A stretch of DNA of 64,000 nucleotides from Chlorokybus atmophyticus (taxonomy: Eukaryota; Plantae; Mesostigma and Chlorokybus algae): assembly GCA_009103225.1 (NCBI GenBank), contig RHPI01002533.1:1493186-1557185 (forward strand), written 5' to 3'. The position numbers and the translations under genes are program-made. Of this stretch, positions 38,105 through 49,429 are shown piece by piece (positions within the stretch are counted from its first letter, which is position 1; the number at the start of each line of letters is the position of its first letter). The notes beneath the pieces were generated by a model. The model was not told the origin of the DNA. It searched no databases and worked only from the letters and a program-made list of their open reading frames with translations.

Positions 38105-40848
38105 ATGGCAATGGTGGTGCAGCTGGCTAGCATGGCGCAGGGCATGGGCGGGCCAATGGGCGACGGCGGCGCGGCTGCGGCGGCTGCGGCGGGGCTATTG
38201 GAGTTCAAGACTCCGGAGTCTTTGTCATCGTCGGCGCAGCGCAGCCACCACCGCCGCACCTGGCAGGAGAGCCTCCTCGGTGACGCCGCTGCCGCCGTCG
38301 CCGACGCCCAGCTGCACGGCAAGCTGTCCGCCGCTGCTGCCTCCCCTAATTTGGGAGATCCACTCTCAAACAAGGTAAAATCAGCTCAGATCAACCTCCT
38401 GAAGCCAAATAGCAGTAAGCATGGTGATCTGCCCAACTGTCCAGCCAGCTGCTTATGCTTCTCAACGCGCGCTTGTAGTTTCCTGTGTATACTGCTTCTA
38501 TTTTGGCGCTGTAACTGTACACACACATTGCAATAATCAACTAGTCCATGCAGACATGTGCGCTGCATGGCAAACTGGAATGGTACAAGAGCTGCTGCAT
38601 GCTCTGGTTGGAGTGCATGGTACAGAGCCTTGGTCACATCGCATTTCACAGAGTACTGCTCTAGGGACTTGGAGCCACAGCCGCAGCATGGTGTCAAGCA
38701 TAAACTCCAGTCAGCCGTTATATATATGCTTGCATGGTGACGGTTGCACGCAATGGCAGAGCCCTGAAGATGTTCGACGAGCGGCATTGGCTGCTGAGGT
38801 TTCGCAGTTGCGAGAAGAGCGTCGCCAGGAGCGGATGCTTAACTCTGAGCTTCGTGCAGAGCTCCGTGCGTGCGAGTCCGCGTATGACAGCGCGCAGCAA
38901 GCTGTTGCCTCAACATCAGCGGCCTTGCGCCAGGTAAGTGGTGCGCATGCAAAAGACATCTGACGAAGATATGCATGACTGGCCAATGACTAGTACTTAT
39001 GTACGTCAGGCCCAAGAGGGCCAGCGCCGTGCCAACATGCATGCACAAGGCCTACGATCAGAAGTCTCGGAGTTGGTTGGATTGATCGAATTGTTACTGG
39101 TGCGTGTAACAGGATATGAACTTGTCACTTCGCATTGCTTGTCTGCAAGGTTTTCTAAAGTGTTAGAGCAGCAGACTGGCAACAACTTTGCACTTGACAT
39201 GTGGCTTGACAGCAAACTTTACGCACACACTGATACCATTCATTTTTCTCACAGGAGCATCAGGGAAGTGTTGGTAGCGCGCAAGCTGTGGCCTCAATGA
39301 GTTCAGCAACACCGGGGACCATGGCGAGGACACACGCCTTGGCAAACCTCGGCAACAGCATACAGGCGTTGACGTTGGGCCCGAGGGTTGCGGACGCGTG
39401 TGCTCAGACGGAAGCACCTGTGTTGACCGCTGATGCATACGCACAAGTTGGAGATGATCTGGCCTCAATCATGCGTGAAGCCCGCATGCAGGTTGATCAA
39501 GCCCAAGCCTACATCGCCGAATTGGAGGTTTGTATTGTTGTGTTTAGTATCTGTAATCCTGCTTGTGTTTGCGTGTATGCTACATAGCGTGTGTCGGTAA
39601 CACTTGTTATGTGTACAGACCCACATTGGGGAGCTGTCGGCGGCTGCCTTCAGCGACTCCAAAAATGCGGCGGCTATGTCGGCAACGTGCTTGCAGCAGC
39701 AGAAGCAGATTCAAGACCTCAATGCAGGAGTGGAGACTGAACGCCAGCGCACGGACAAGTTGAACGAACAGGTCATGAGATTGAAGTTTGAGTTGGAGCA
39801 GCGCTCTGCAGAAGTCACACAGCTGCGCACGGAGCTCGCACAACGCAATGCAGAGGCTGAGAAGCTTCGTGAAGAGGCTACGCGATTCAACGCAGAGACT
39901 GAGCAGCTGCGTGAACAAGCCAATCAACGCAATGTAGAGACTGAGCGCATGCTTGAAGAGGCCATTCGATACAACGCGGAGGCTGAGCGGCTTCGTGAAG
40001 AGGCCATTCAACACACTGCAGAGAGGAATGGTCTCCGTGAAGAGGTTAACCGATGGAGTGCGGAAGCGACACAACTCCGTGCAGAAGCGACACAGCTCCG
40101 TGCTGAAGAAGCAGAACTCCGTGCGGAAGTGGCGCAGAGAAGTGCGGAGAGCAGTCGCCTGCGCGAAGAGGCCAATCACAGCAGTGCGGAGGTGTGCCAT
40201 CTGAGCATGGAGGTTCAGCATCTCAGTGCAAAGGTTAATCAGCTGACCACAGACATTCAGCAACTTCAGCAGCAGGTGATGTCCGCGTGCAATGCAGCAT
40301 CTTATTTGGACGTGTTGGTTTAACATGCAATCATCTCACCATCTTGTTACACACAGAATGACGGCAAGGTCAGTAGCATAGAGGTGCTTGAGATCCGTCT
40401 GCAAGAGGCGCGCTTGCAAGAGGAGAGGGCCGCGGCAGAGCGCATGGAGCTGCAGGCGGCACTGGCTGAGGCGGGTATGATGGTGAGCATGGCGGGCTTT
40501 GCAGCCAAGGCGTACGAAAAGATGCAGGAGATGAGTCCGGTGGCGATGGAGCACCTGTCTTATAGCAGCAATCAGGACACGTCTACGCCGGCCTCGGTTG
40601 TCTCCAACCACCAGGAGGCCGTTGAGGAGCAGCTGCAGAAGTACATGGAGGCCTCGCGCAAGGCAGCGAGCGACCCACAAGGCCTGGCCTTTGCGCAGGA
40701 GCAGCGTGCGCGGCTGCAGCAGCTCCTATTGGCCCAGTCTTCCTCCAGCAGTCACCATCAATCCGGGCTGCCTGCTGGATTCAACAACATTGCAAACCAA
40801 CCGGCCAGTTCTGCAGGCAGCGTGCAGACAGACTTCTCTACTCCATGA
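38105..40848 (+). CDS. Hypothetical long coiled-coil protein with internal 14-aa repeats
   Basis: Open exons with heptad-rich text (AALAAEVSQLREERRQERMLNSELRAELRACE; QRSAEVTQLRTELA/QRNAEAEKLREEAT...; EIRLQEARLQEERAAAERMELQAALAEA). Exact start and internal exons uncertain. Confidence 0.65.
39800..40260 (+). repeat. Coding tandem repeat, ~42-bp (14-aa) period with 21-bp sub-repeats
   Basis: About 11 units of the x-x-[SN]-AE-x-x-x-LR-[AE]E-x-x type. Confidence 0.8.
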
Positions 40849-41624
40849 CTGCGACAACCTGTCTGATTTTGCCGGGAACTGAAGGGTGTCAGTATCATGT
40901 AGCAAATGATGGCATTGCTAGTATCCTAACTACCTGGCTGCATAAACACTGGAGCCTCTTGCCTGCAGACCACTGCACAGTTGGTGAGGTTGATGCGGCG
41001 TCATTGGTGGGCTTTGTATAGAGTACAGTCAAACTTATGTGATAATTTTGCACGTTGCTTCAAAATATGCGTGATTTGCAATGTCATGCGATTGCTGTCC
41101 CGTGTGCATACTGTGGCGTCATGTTGCGCGCACATGTTCAGCAAATGAGCATTGCAAAGCCAGCATTCCTTCAGCTTGCAGCTGGCAATGCTAAGAAACA
41201 AGCTGCGTTGTGTGTGGTGTACGAAGAATGCCATGCGGGGTTGCGCGCAGGTTATACTTTGCCAATGCGCTGCGTACACCTGCCACGCAATGCTGTATAC
41301 AGCGAGAGTCTCCTAGCTGAGCCCCTTGTTTTGGTCATGTGGTGCATGCTGAAAGCAGTCGTGTGATGCATGCTTCCGGGTTTCTATGAGAAAATAGCAC
41401 ATGAAGACAATCCGAGACGCATTACAAGCAGCACTCCACCCAACCTTGCTTGCACACGCCGTTGCTGCCACTACAAGTCGTCGTTTCAAACATAGCTTAC
41501 GAGATGACACCGCAACTTGCTTACAACGACTCATACATGTGTCACTGGTGTTTGTTGGGATTGCGTACTGACTCAGTCACTGTGCAGTGGCTGGCGGAGA
41601 GCTTGACGAAGGTGTGTTGCTGGC

Positions 41625-42731
41625 ATGCGCAAGGCGGCGGTTGCGGCGGCGGCTAAGGGCGAGCAGCAACAGCAGCTGCAGGTGCCGGGCTGCATCAAGG
41701 CGGGGGCGGACGGCAGGGTCAGCGTGGCGGTACACGGAAAGCCGGGCGCCAAGCAGGCCGCCGTCACTGGTGAGAAAGCAGTGAAGGGGAGGTGTGAGTT
41801 ACTGCTCGCCTGCGCCGCTGTTGGCTGTGGAGCATGGCTTGAGACTTGGGTGTTAGGCTGCTTGGTTTTGTCGGCTTTTCAACGATGACAGTTGTAACCA
41901 GTTCAGGCTTTTCGCCCTCAGTGTGCTGTTGAGTTGTCAGCTCATGCAATGCAGACTGTTTAACACTTTTGGCTGGCATGCTTCTGCAACGCGGACCAGT
42001 TGCCAAAGTCGCATGCATGTAAAGAGCGAACTATAGCGTGTTTGTTTGCTTACACGCGCACTCGCTCGTGCACACGCACACGCTGTGCTTGTGTATGTGT
42101 GTGTGCTTTGCATGCTTGCAAGTCGCTATTCGCTTCCTTGACTGAGCAGTCAGTTGCACTTGCCTAATCAGGCATCTATCATTCTTGCCACAAGCTGTCA
42201 AGGGTGTCGTGATGGCATACACGCAAAATGCATGGTTCTGTTCATGTCTAGCTGATTTTGGTGCTTTCTCGATTCTCATGCACATACAAACCACACAGAC
42301 ATAAGTCCCGAGGCCGTTGGCGTGCAGATTGATGCGCCTGCGCGGGAAGGTGAGGCCAACAGCGCTCTTCTGGAGTTTATTGCACAGGTCAGACCAACAT
42401 AGAACGGTGTGAAAGTAAAGGATAAGGTTCACTGACTGAAAATGAAAATCAAAATGTCCAGCATGCGCATAAGCTAGCCTTTGGCTACACGCACTTTGTT
42501 CTTAGTGTCTGTTTTGTGCATGGACTCTTGACAGTCACCTCATTGCATTCTCTTGCTATCACTGCTCTCGTTCGGTCATAAACAGCCAACACAAGTCCAC
42601 AACAGACTGTTGGAGTGCGTAAGCGGGAAGTCTCGCTGGCTGCCGGGTTCAAATCCAGGATAAAAACGGTCGTCATCGAAGGCGTCAGTGTAGAGTTGGT
42701 TTATGAGCGGCTGAAGCAGAAGACTGTGTAA
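41625..42731 (+). CDS. UPF0235/DUF167 (YggU / C15orf40-like) protein
   Basis: [29 protein letters not shown]|...[28 protein letters not shown]|[24 protein letters not shown]...*. Confidence 0.92.
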
Positions 42732-42948
42732 GACTGATAAGAAGATCGGAGGGCAACCCATTGACGTGTTCATGCCACGCATCTGTTGTGCCTTTTGGGC
42801 ATGCTAGTGGCATCACAAGTCCTCACCTTGTCAAGGTGATTTGATTGATTCAATCTTGCAAGGGTGGTAGAACTACTTCGTTGTTGTCATCATGGATTGC
42901 TGATGTTGTGTTAGGCTTCCGCGAGGCATAAGCAACAGAACAGGCTGC

Positions 42949-45312
42949 ATGAAGCGGCTTCGTTCCGCGTCCAGCGAGGCCCCGAAAGGCGCGGCCGATT
43001 TGGACGCGTTCAAGTGCGAAGCGGCAGCCAGCAACAGCAGCAGACGCCTCCGCAGCCGCACCAACAGTGTAAGTTGCACTGTTGTTGATGTGCACGTAGT
43101 AGTCGATTACTTGCACCTACTTGGTCTTACTCACAGATGGGCTGATTGTGTACTGCTTGGTTTCAGGCTGAAGTTGTGACAACAGTGGCAGTGGCAACAG
43201 CAAAGACTCGTGCGACCAGAACTAAGAAAGCTCCTTCTAATGGAATACAACTCACAAGAGAACGAGAAGTTGGCCCAAATCGGGATGGTGCAGCGAGCAG
43301 TAGTATACTTGCTGGTCCCTCCATGCAGCAAGCAGAAAGGGCGGAGGCGGTGCTGGCTGCAACAGCCGAGCTCTGTGATGAGCTGTCGCGCATGCGGTTC
43401 AAGCCGCCCGTCACGCACGTGTACGTGGTTGCTTACATACCAGTTGCATACAAGTTGTGTGTCCACACCCGCTTGCAGATGCACACTCACATACCTGCCA
43501 GCCCACATGCAACATGCTCGCATGTGTGTGACGCACATATAGACAGACCTGTCTCTATGTGCTTGTGTGCAAGAATATATGCGGCGCATGTGTGCTTGCG
43601 AGGGTAAACTGCGTGTTTGAGCATACATCTCATACTTCACGTCTGGTGCAGTCAGCCATTTTCCCACAATTTGTTCTGCACATGCTGATGCTACCGATTT
43701 CGACAGTTACAACCCGCTGATGTATGCACGGGAGCCGTTTGAAGCGTATGTGAGGCGCTATGGTGAGTCTCGTGAAATTTGTCTTTGCGCGTGGTTGTGA
43801 GGTTGACAATGAACCCAACAACATTTACAAACCTGATGTGTTAACAGTTTACCGCCAGGTGGAAGGCCGATTGAAGCGATGCTGGTTGGCATGAATCCGG
43901 GACCGTACGGCATGGTACAGGTATCTACAGTTCGGGTACATGCGCACACACGCATGTGCGCACGCGCGCACGCTTGCCAGCATGCGCATACGTGTAATCC
44001 ATGCCTGCATGTGTTGGTGTGTATGCATGTGAACTTGTGACATCATTCTTGGAGCTAACATGAATTGCCAGCACAGTTGTTGGTTTGGTATCACAACATG
44101 CGGTACCACATGCCGAGTTTAACATGGTCATGCATGGTGTTTAAACCATACAATGACATTGTTTGAATACCATATCAGTTACACAGAGACATAACCATTC
44201 AATATCATCAGTGCCACCCGACTGTTTGACAATGCTTTTGCACCAGACAGGTGTCCCATTTGGAATGGTAGCCTCCGTGACGGGATGGATGGGCATCACT
44301 GGCCAAGTACGCTCCAATGACATATGTTATATTGAACGTCACGAACCAGTTGCCTGTTTGGACTCATGAACACAACAGCCACTAGCAGTATCCTCACATC
44401 ATGGCAGCAGGTGGGCAAGCCAGAGAAGATGAATCCGCAGCGACCTGTACAGGGCTTTGAATGCAAGCGGGTTGAGGTAGGATGTCTGTGTTTTGTGTTA
44501 AATTGTGTTATGCGCATTGAGGATTGTTGCTTGTTTATGTGTATGTGCTTGTGTGCTCTTCACGGTTGTGCCTGCTTTTGCTGCTCAGCACTTTGGATGC
44601 TCTATCAGGTGAGCGGTCAGAGGCTGTATGGATGGGCTGAAAGGCGTTTTGGCACTGCTGATAGATTCTTCGACCGCTTTTGGGTTTACAATTACTGCCC
44701 ACTCGCTTTCATGGAGACGTCCGGAAAGTACGCAATACCAATGTTGCGTGCGTCATGAATGTGTATGAATGTGTATGAATATGCTAATGATGTAGTGTTG
44801 TACCCCACAGGAACCGTACGCCGGATAAGCTGCCCGCAAATGAGCGGGAGCCTTTGATAGAGGCTTGCGACAAGGCATTGGGGCGCATCATATCCATCAT
44901 CAGGCCGCGTTTGGTCATTGGCATTGGTGAGCTTTGTACATTGGTCTCTTTTCCTTACTGGTTTGCATGTCAAAAGTGCTCATCAGCACAATGCCCATCA
45001 AACAACGCAACATGTATTTAGTAACGTGTACCCTTTGGTGGTATGACACACGCACACTTTGCAAACGCGAACTTGTGTTCCGGGAGTAGCATACCCAAGG
45101 ATGGTTGCATGTTCGCATGCATATGTTATGCATGTCAAGATGGTGTGATATGTCGTTCAGGCAAGTACGCAGCAACTTGCGCGAAGCGATGTGCTCCTAA
45201 AGGCGTGGATGTGCGCGATATCCTGCATCCAAGTCCCGCATCTCCCGCAGCCAACAACTGGGCGGCGGTGGTGGATAAGCAATTTGCAGACATGAATATG
45301 ATATTACCATGA
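42949..45312 (+). CDS. SMUG1: Single-strand-selective monofunctional uracil-DNA glycosylase (UDG family 3)
   Basis: HV|YNPLMYAREPFEAYVRRYG|...LVGMNPGPYGMVQ|TGVPFG...|...RPVQGFECKRVE|VSGQRLYGW...FWVYNYCPLAFM...|NRTPDKLP...ACD...VIGIG|...ILHPSPASPAANNW; canonical SMUG1 motifs and GT-AG introns. Confidence 0.95.
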
Positions 45313-45775
45313 CTGATTGAAGGTCTTGGTTGTGCGCTGAAGTCTCGCTTCTTAAGGACCAACCCGTCTAGGTGTTATTTTGTTGTTGTATCGTGTCCGG
45401 ACGTCGCGATCAAGGGAGTGAATACGTAGGCAGTTGCCTCAATCGCTTTCTTGCCTCTACAGCATAACAGTATAAGTGCGATGTATACCTGTGATAGTCA
45501 AACAGGCTTTGTCACAAAGGCTTCATGGATGTCCTCGAGCTTGTTGCCGATACCTGTCAGCACTAAGACTGTGCACAGGCCAGCGCATTCAGTACCCTCT
45601 GATTAGGAGAGTACTTGCCAATCCTAGGACGCACATCGATAGGTGTTGGGATGCATGTGCCGGTCATGTTGGCACCAACAATGAAAAGGGTATGTATCAC
45701 GTTACTGCCATGATGAAGGCTCCAACTGTCTCGTTGTTAAGAAACAACAGCAGTTGAGGAAATACAATATGTTGG

Positions 45776-45990
45776 GCTGGGGCGGGGCTAAGCAGTTGTC
45801 GTCAGCGTCGTCAAGACGTCGTCGTGCATGCTGCCGCCTACTTTGCCTGGGGCTAACCTCTCCCTCTGTCTGCCTCCTCCACTCCGTAAGGGGTTCCCAC
45901 GCTTGTTATCTCCATGCCCTTGCACCCACACCCACCCTGTTGCCTGAGGGTTGCTAGGTCCTAGCGTTAAACTCTATCTTGGCCCCCACT
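45776..45990 (+). repeat. PLE terminal-repeat family copy 5 (solo)
   Basis: ggggcggggctaag...gtcgtc...gcatgctgccgcctact...gctaacctctccctctg...ggtcctagcgtt...cttggccccc. Confidence 0.75.
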
Positions 45991-47159
45991 TGCTTGCTTG
46001 TTGTTGGCTTGTTGTTATCTTATTGTTATTTACGGTTGCATTTGCATTGTAATCACTTCTTCAGCTTGCTTTTCCGCAACTCTTGTGTGTTAAGTTGTGT
46101 TGCTTATCATGGCGATGAACTGAAGCATGAAGCATGACAGGTTGTGACATATGTTGTTTATTGCCCCTGAATGCTTGAGTTGTTCTCTTTGAACTGTTTT
46201 GCACGGTTAACAAATGTTAACCATGACAGTGTTCCACCATGGCCCTCAACCACTTGTTCGCAATTTTACGAACATACATGTAGTGCAGTCTTTCTTTCTT
46301 GTTTACAATGTCAAAAGGCCTCCTACCGAGCTTGTTCTGGACGTAGCAGCCAAAGATCTCATCTCTGTCTTGGCTCATTAACATTGTTGTTTATCGCCAC
46401 TCGTATGCTTCCTTTACTGGTAACTCTTGTCTGCTGCATTTAAGCGACAATTTATCTCATGTGGCCTCAGGTCAAGCCCTCCACATGGATAACATAAATA
46501 CATAAAATATCTCATGCATTGTTATATAAAGGTCAGGCTCAATTATTACAACTACATGTTGATATGTATAGAACAAGCAGTAGAAACCTTATCTTATAAC
46601 CTTTTACCTATACGGCCTGCGAGAATACCGTTAAGACTTAACTGCGGAATGCCGTTAAAAGAGGCATCCAATACTGGCCTTCCACTCGCCTTGGCTATTG
46701 TTTCCTACAAAGTGCATGTGTGCAGCAATGTGTGTTGCACAGTGGCTGGTTGGTATTCTTATTTAATGCTAGAACTGCCGATTGCGATTGTATGCGGTTA
46801 TGTGTTTGCATGCAAGGCATCGTTCATAAAATGTATATATACCTTATACAACAGACTGTAAAGCGGCAACACAATCCACCATCTCATGTAAGCTTGAGAA
46901 TATGGAACGGATTATAAATATCATATAGTATGTTTTTTATGACAGATCCAAAACAGCACACATAATGGGTTCCATGCATGTGTTCTAGCGGCCCCTGATT
47001 GTTGTTAATCATTTGACAGTGCTCCAATGGCTAACATTGGTGTTTATGTCAAGTGCTCTTCATACGCATGCCACACAACTTCGTGCGCAGCGTGTAATAC
47101 TGAGCGCCATACACATTGGGCCTTGAGCTCACATATGAGGATTCTTTTTACTTCGTCTT

Positions 47160-47537
47160 TTTCACGTTTAAGTCTCACATTCCGTGCTTGTATAAAATGG
47201 CCTAAAACGGCTTGATTGGGTTCAAGGGTTGTCGTAATTATATTTCAAACGAAATGTACGTGTCTCTACGGTGATTGGGTCTCACATCTCGTGGGACTCC
47301 TTCTATACACAAGCAAAAATGGCCTTGAATGGCTTAATTGAAGCTAGGGTCCAAGGGTTTTGTACTTATTTTTGACACGAAAGGTATGTGTCTCTCTCTA
47401 CTTTGTCTTTTTCATGTTCAAGACTCACATCTAGTGGGACTGCGTTTATATAAGCTAAAATGGCCTAGCATGGCCTAATTAAAGCTTGGCTTCAAGGGTT
47501 GTCGTATTTATATTTCAGACGAAATGTACCTGTCTCT
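47160..47537. repeat. Degenerate tandem array, ~3 units of 120-140 bp
   Basis: aaaatggcct...caagggtt...acgaaa.gta..tgtctct...ctcacatc restarts at ~47195, ~47317 and ~47457. Confidence 0.85.
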
Positions 47538-47591
47538 ATATATATCCCGTAGATGCGGCCGGTTCAGAAGCTGGGCCAAAATGCACACTGT

Positions 47592-47662
47592 TGCGCCGGC
47601 CGGGAATCGAACCCGGGTCTGTACCGTGGCAGGGTACTATTCTACCACTAGACCACCGGCGC
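47592..47662 (-). tRNA. tRNA-Gly(GCC)
   Basis: Reverse complement GCGCCGGTGGTCTAGTGGTAGAATAGTACCCTGCCACGGTACAGACCCGGGTTCGATTCCCGGCCGGCGCA: 71 nt, 7-bp acceptor stem, GCC anticodon, A/B boxes, T4 ~10 nt downstream. Confidence 0.98.
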
Positions 47663-49429
47663 AATTGCTTGTGGTATTGGGGTAAGTTAAAACTCTGTTC
47701 GTAGTTGTAGGCTTCGCAAACAGACAGTAGGGTTAGTGGCTCATATTTTGGACACCTAATAAAGGAAGTTAGGTGATTGATTGGTTATCCGTTCAAGCTG
47801 AAACGTTGTGATAAGATAGTGCACAAGAATACTGTCAGCGTTAGCACATGGCTGCAGGGCGTGTCAGCATCGGCTAAGCTGTAAGAGGCCTTGAACTAGG
47901 GTTTGCCCTTGTGTGTGTAGCGGCCGCGGCTCCAAGTGCTTCCCACGGCCCCAATTCAAATCTTATCAGAGCTCTATTAGGATCAGTTAACGAGACTATA
48001 TAAGATATCTGTATAGCCAGTGGGAACTCAGTTGTTATGTAATTGCTCTTGTTGCGTCAGCTATGCTCTGTCTCGATGCATGAGTTGCATGCTGGTATGT
48101 GACCATCCCCGCGGGCGTCTCATGTGCATGGCTGTGGGCAGCAGTGTTATGTGTGCTGTCCGAAAATGCGCAATATGGCGGAGGGGGGCGGGTAGAGGGA
48201 ATTAAGGAGAGGTGGTGGCAAACAGGAGCGGCGCAGAGTCTTGGAGGAGGCCTGCCGCGGCCGGGTGGTGCGAATGCACCACGGTAACGACACAGCTGAG
48301 CCGGTCACCAGAGGTGCTTTGCAGCCCTTTTTCGAGAAAGGCTATAAAAACTCCAAAGAGTATATGTATATATATATAGTTCTTATATTTTACCCCTACT
48401 GTGTGCTTGCACGTGGTATGCTCGCATGCTTGCTTGCAATACATGTGTCTTAGCTTGCTATCTGCGAGTTAGCGTGCATATGTTCGTGTTTTAGGCTGCC
48501 CGCGGGCATGGCTGTGCATGAAAGCGCATTACGTAATGTTGTGATGCATGTACAGGCGCGTTTGATGAGCTCCCCTGACCTCTTCTATTTGGGTGTAAGG
48601 CAGGATGAGGATGGCTCCGCCCACATTGGCATCCGCTTCGACAACGGGCATGCTTTTAAGATCTACTCGGTCCGGCAGCTAAATAACTGAAGTGTTAAGG
48701 TTGACGTGGTGGTGGTTAAGCACAACTTGCACAAGCGCGCTTTAGCTGCGGTGTCGTGTGGATGTGACCAACCCCACATTCTGGGTAGAGTATACACGTA
48801 CGACTGAGTACGTACCACTGAGGTGGCTGTGCACTGATTGTGACTCTATGTGTTGTTTGTGTGGCCTATGCCTGTTTATTGCATGTGCGAAACCTTTGCT
48901 TGCTTGTTGTGGTAGTCCTGTCTCTGTATGCACCGCTTCACATGCATGCTAGCATTGTTAGTGTCAAAAGCTGCTGAATATGGCATGCATGCCATCTTGC
49001 TTTGCATGTTGGCAGAGGTCTGGCTAGGGCCCTTAGCCATAGATGATCTGCCTATTATGTACGTGTATGAACCCTAGCTCTCTACCACTTTATCTATTTT
49101 GCAAGTTCTAGTTTCTGACTGCACCCCGGGCTAAGGCTTAAGGTTGAGGAGGGTGAGAGCAGGCGTGGCAGCTGCTAGTGTTGCATGCATGGCCTAGTTG
49201 GCATCCTGCAAGGCAGAGGGAGTGGGTGACGCACGTGTCGGACATTGATATTCAGTAACCGGAACCGCTGGGAGTGAGGGCTGACCACGAGGGTGAGATC
49301 ATCAATGATTGCCGAGGGATGTATCTAAGTGTGTGCAGGTTCCTGATGAGGTCGATGATGCAAGAATGGGCACATGCAAGTGTGTTGACTTGCGTTGGCC
49401 CTGCATGCTGCAGCGCTCTGTACTGTGGT

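Noticed and set aside
39607-40326. 239-aa antisense ORF mirroring the coiled-coil exon
   Set aside because: Shadow of a repetitive coding strand; the product is implausible. The same applies to antisense ORFs over CUL3 and LYAR.
41573-41784. Small minus-strand Cys-rich ORF
   Set aside because: Antisense to DUF167 exon 1, non-ATG start.
45840-45975. Twister-like motifs (TAAC, TCCCACGC, GAGGG)
   Set aside because: P2 and P4 do not pair, and TAAC is better explained as a splice branch point.
47160-47537. CRISPR-like repeat-spacer array
   Set aside because: Units are long, degenerate and contiguous with no unique spacers; eukaryotic context and no cas genes.
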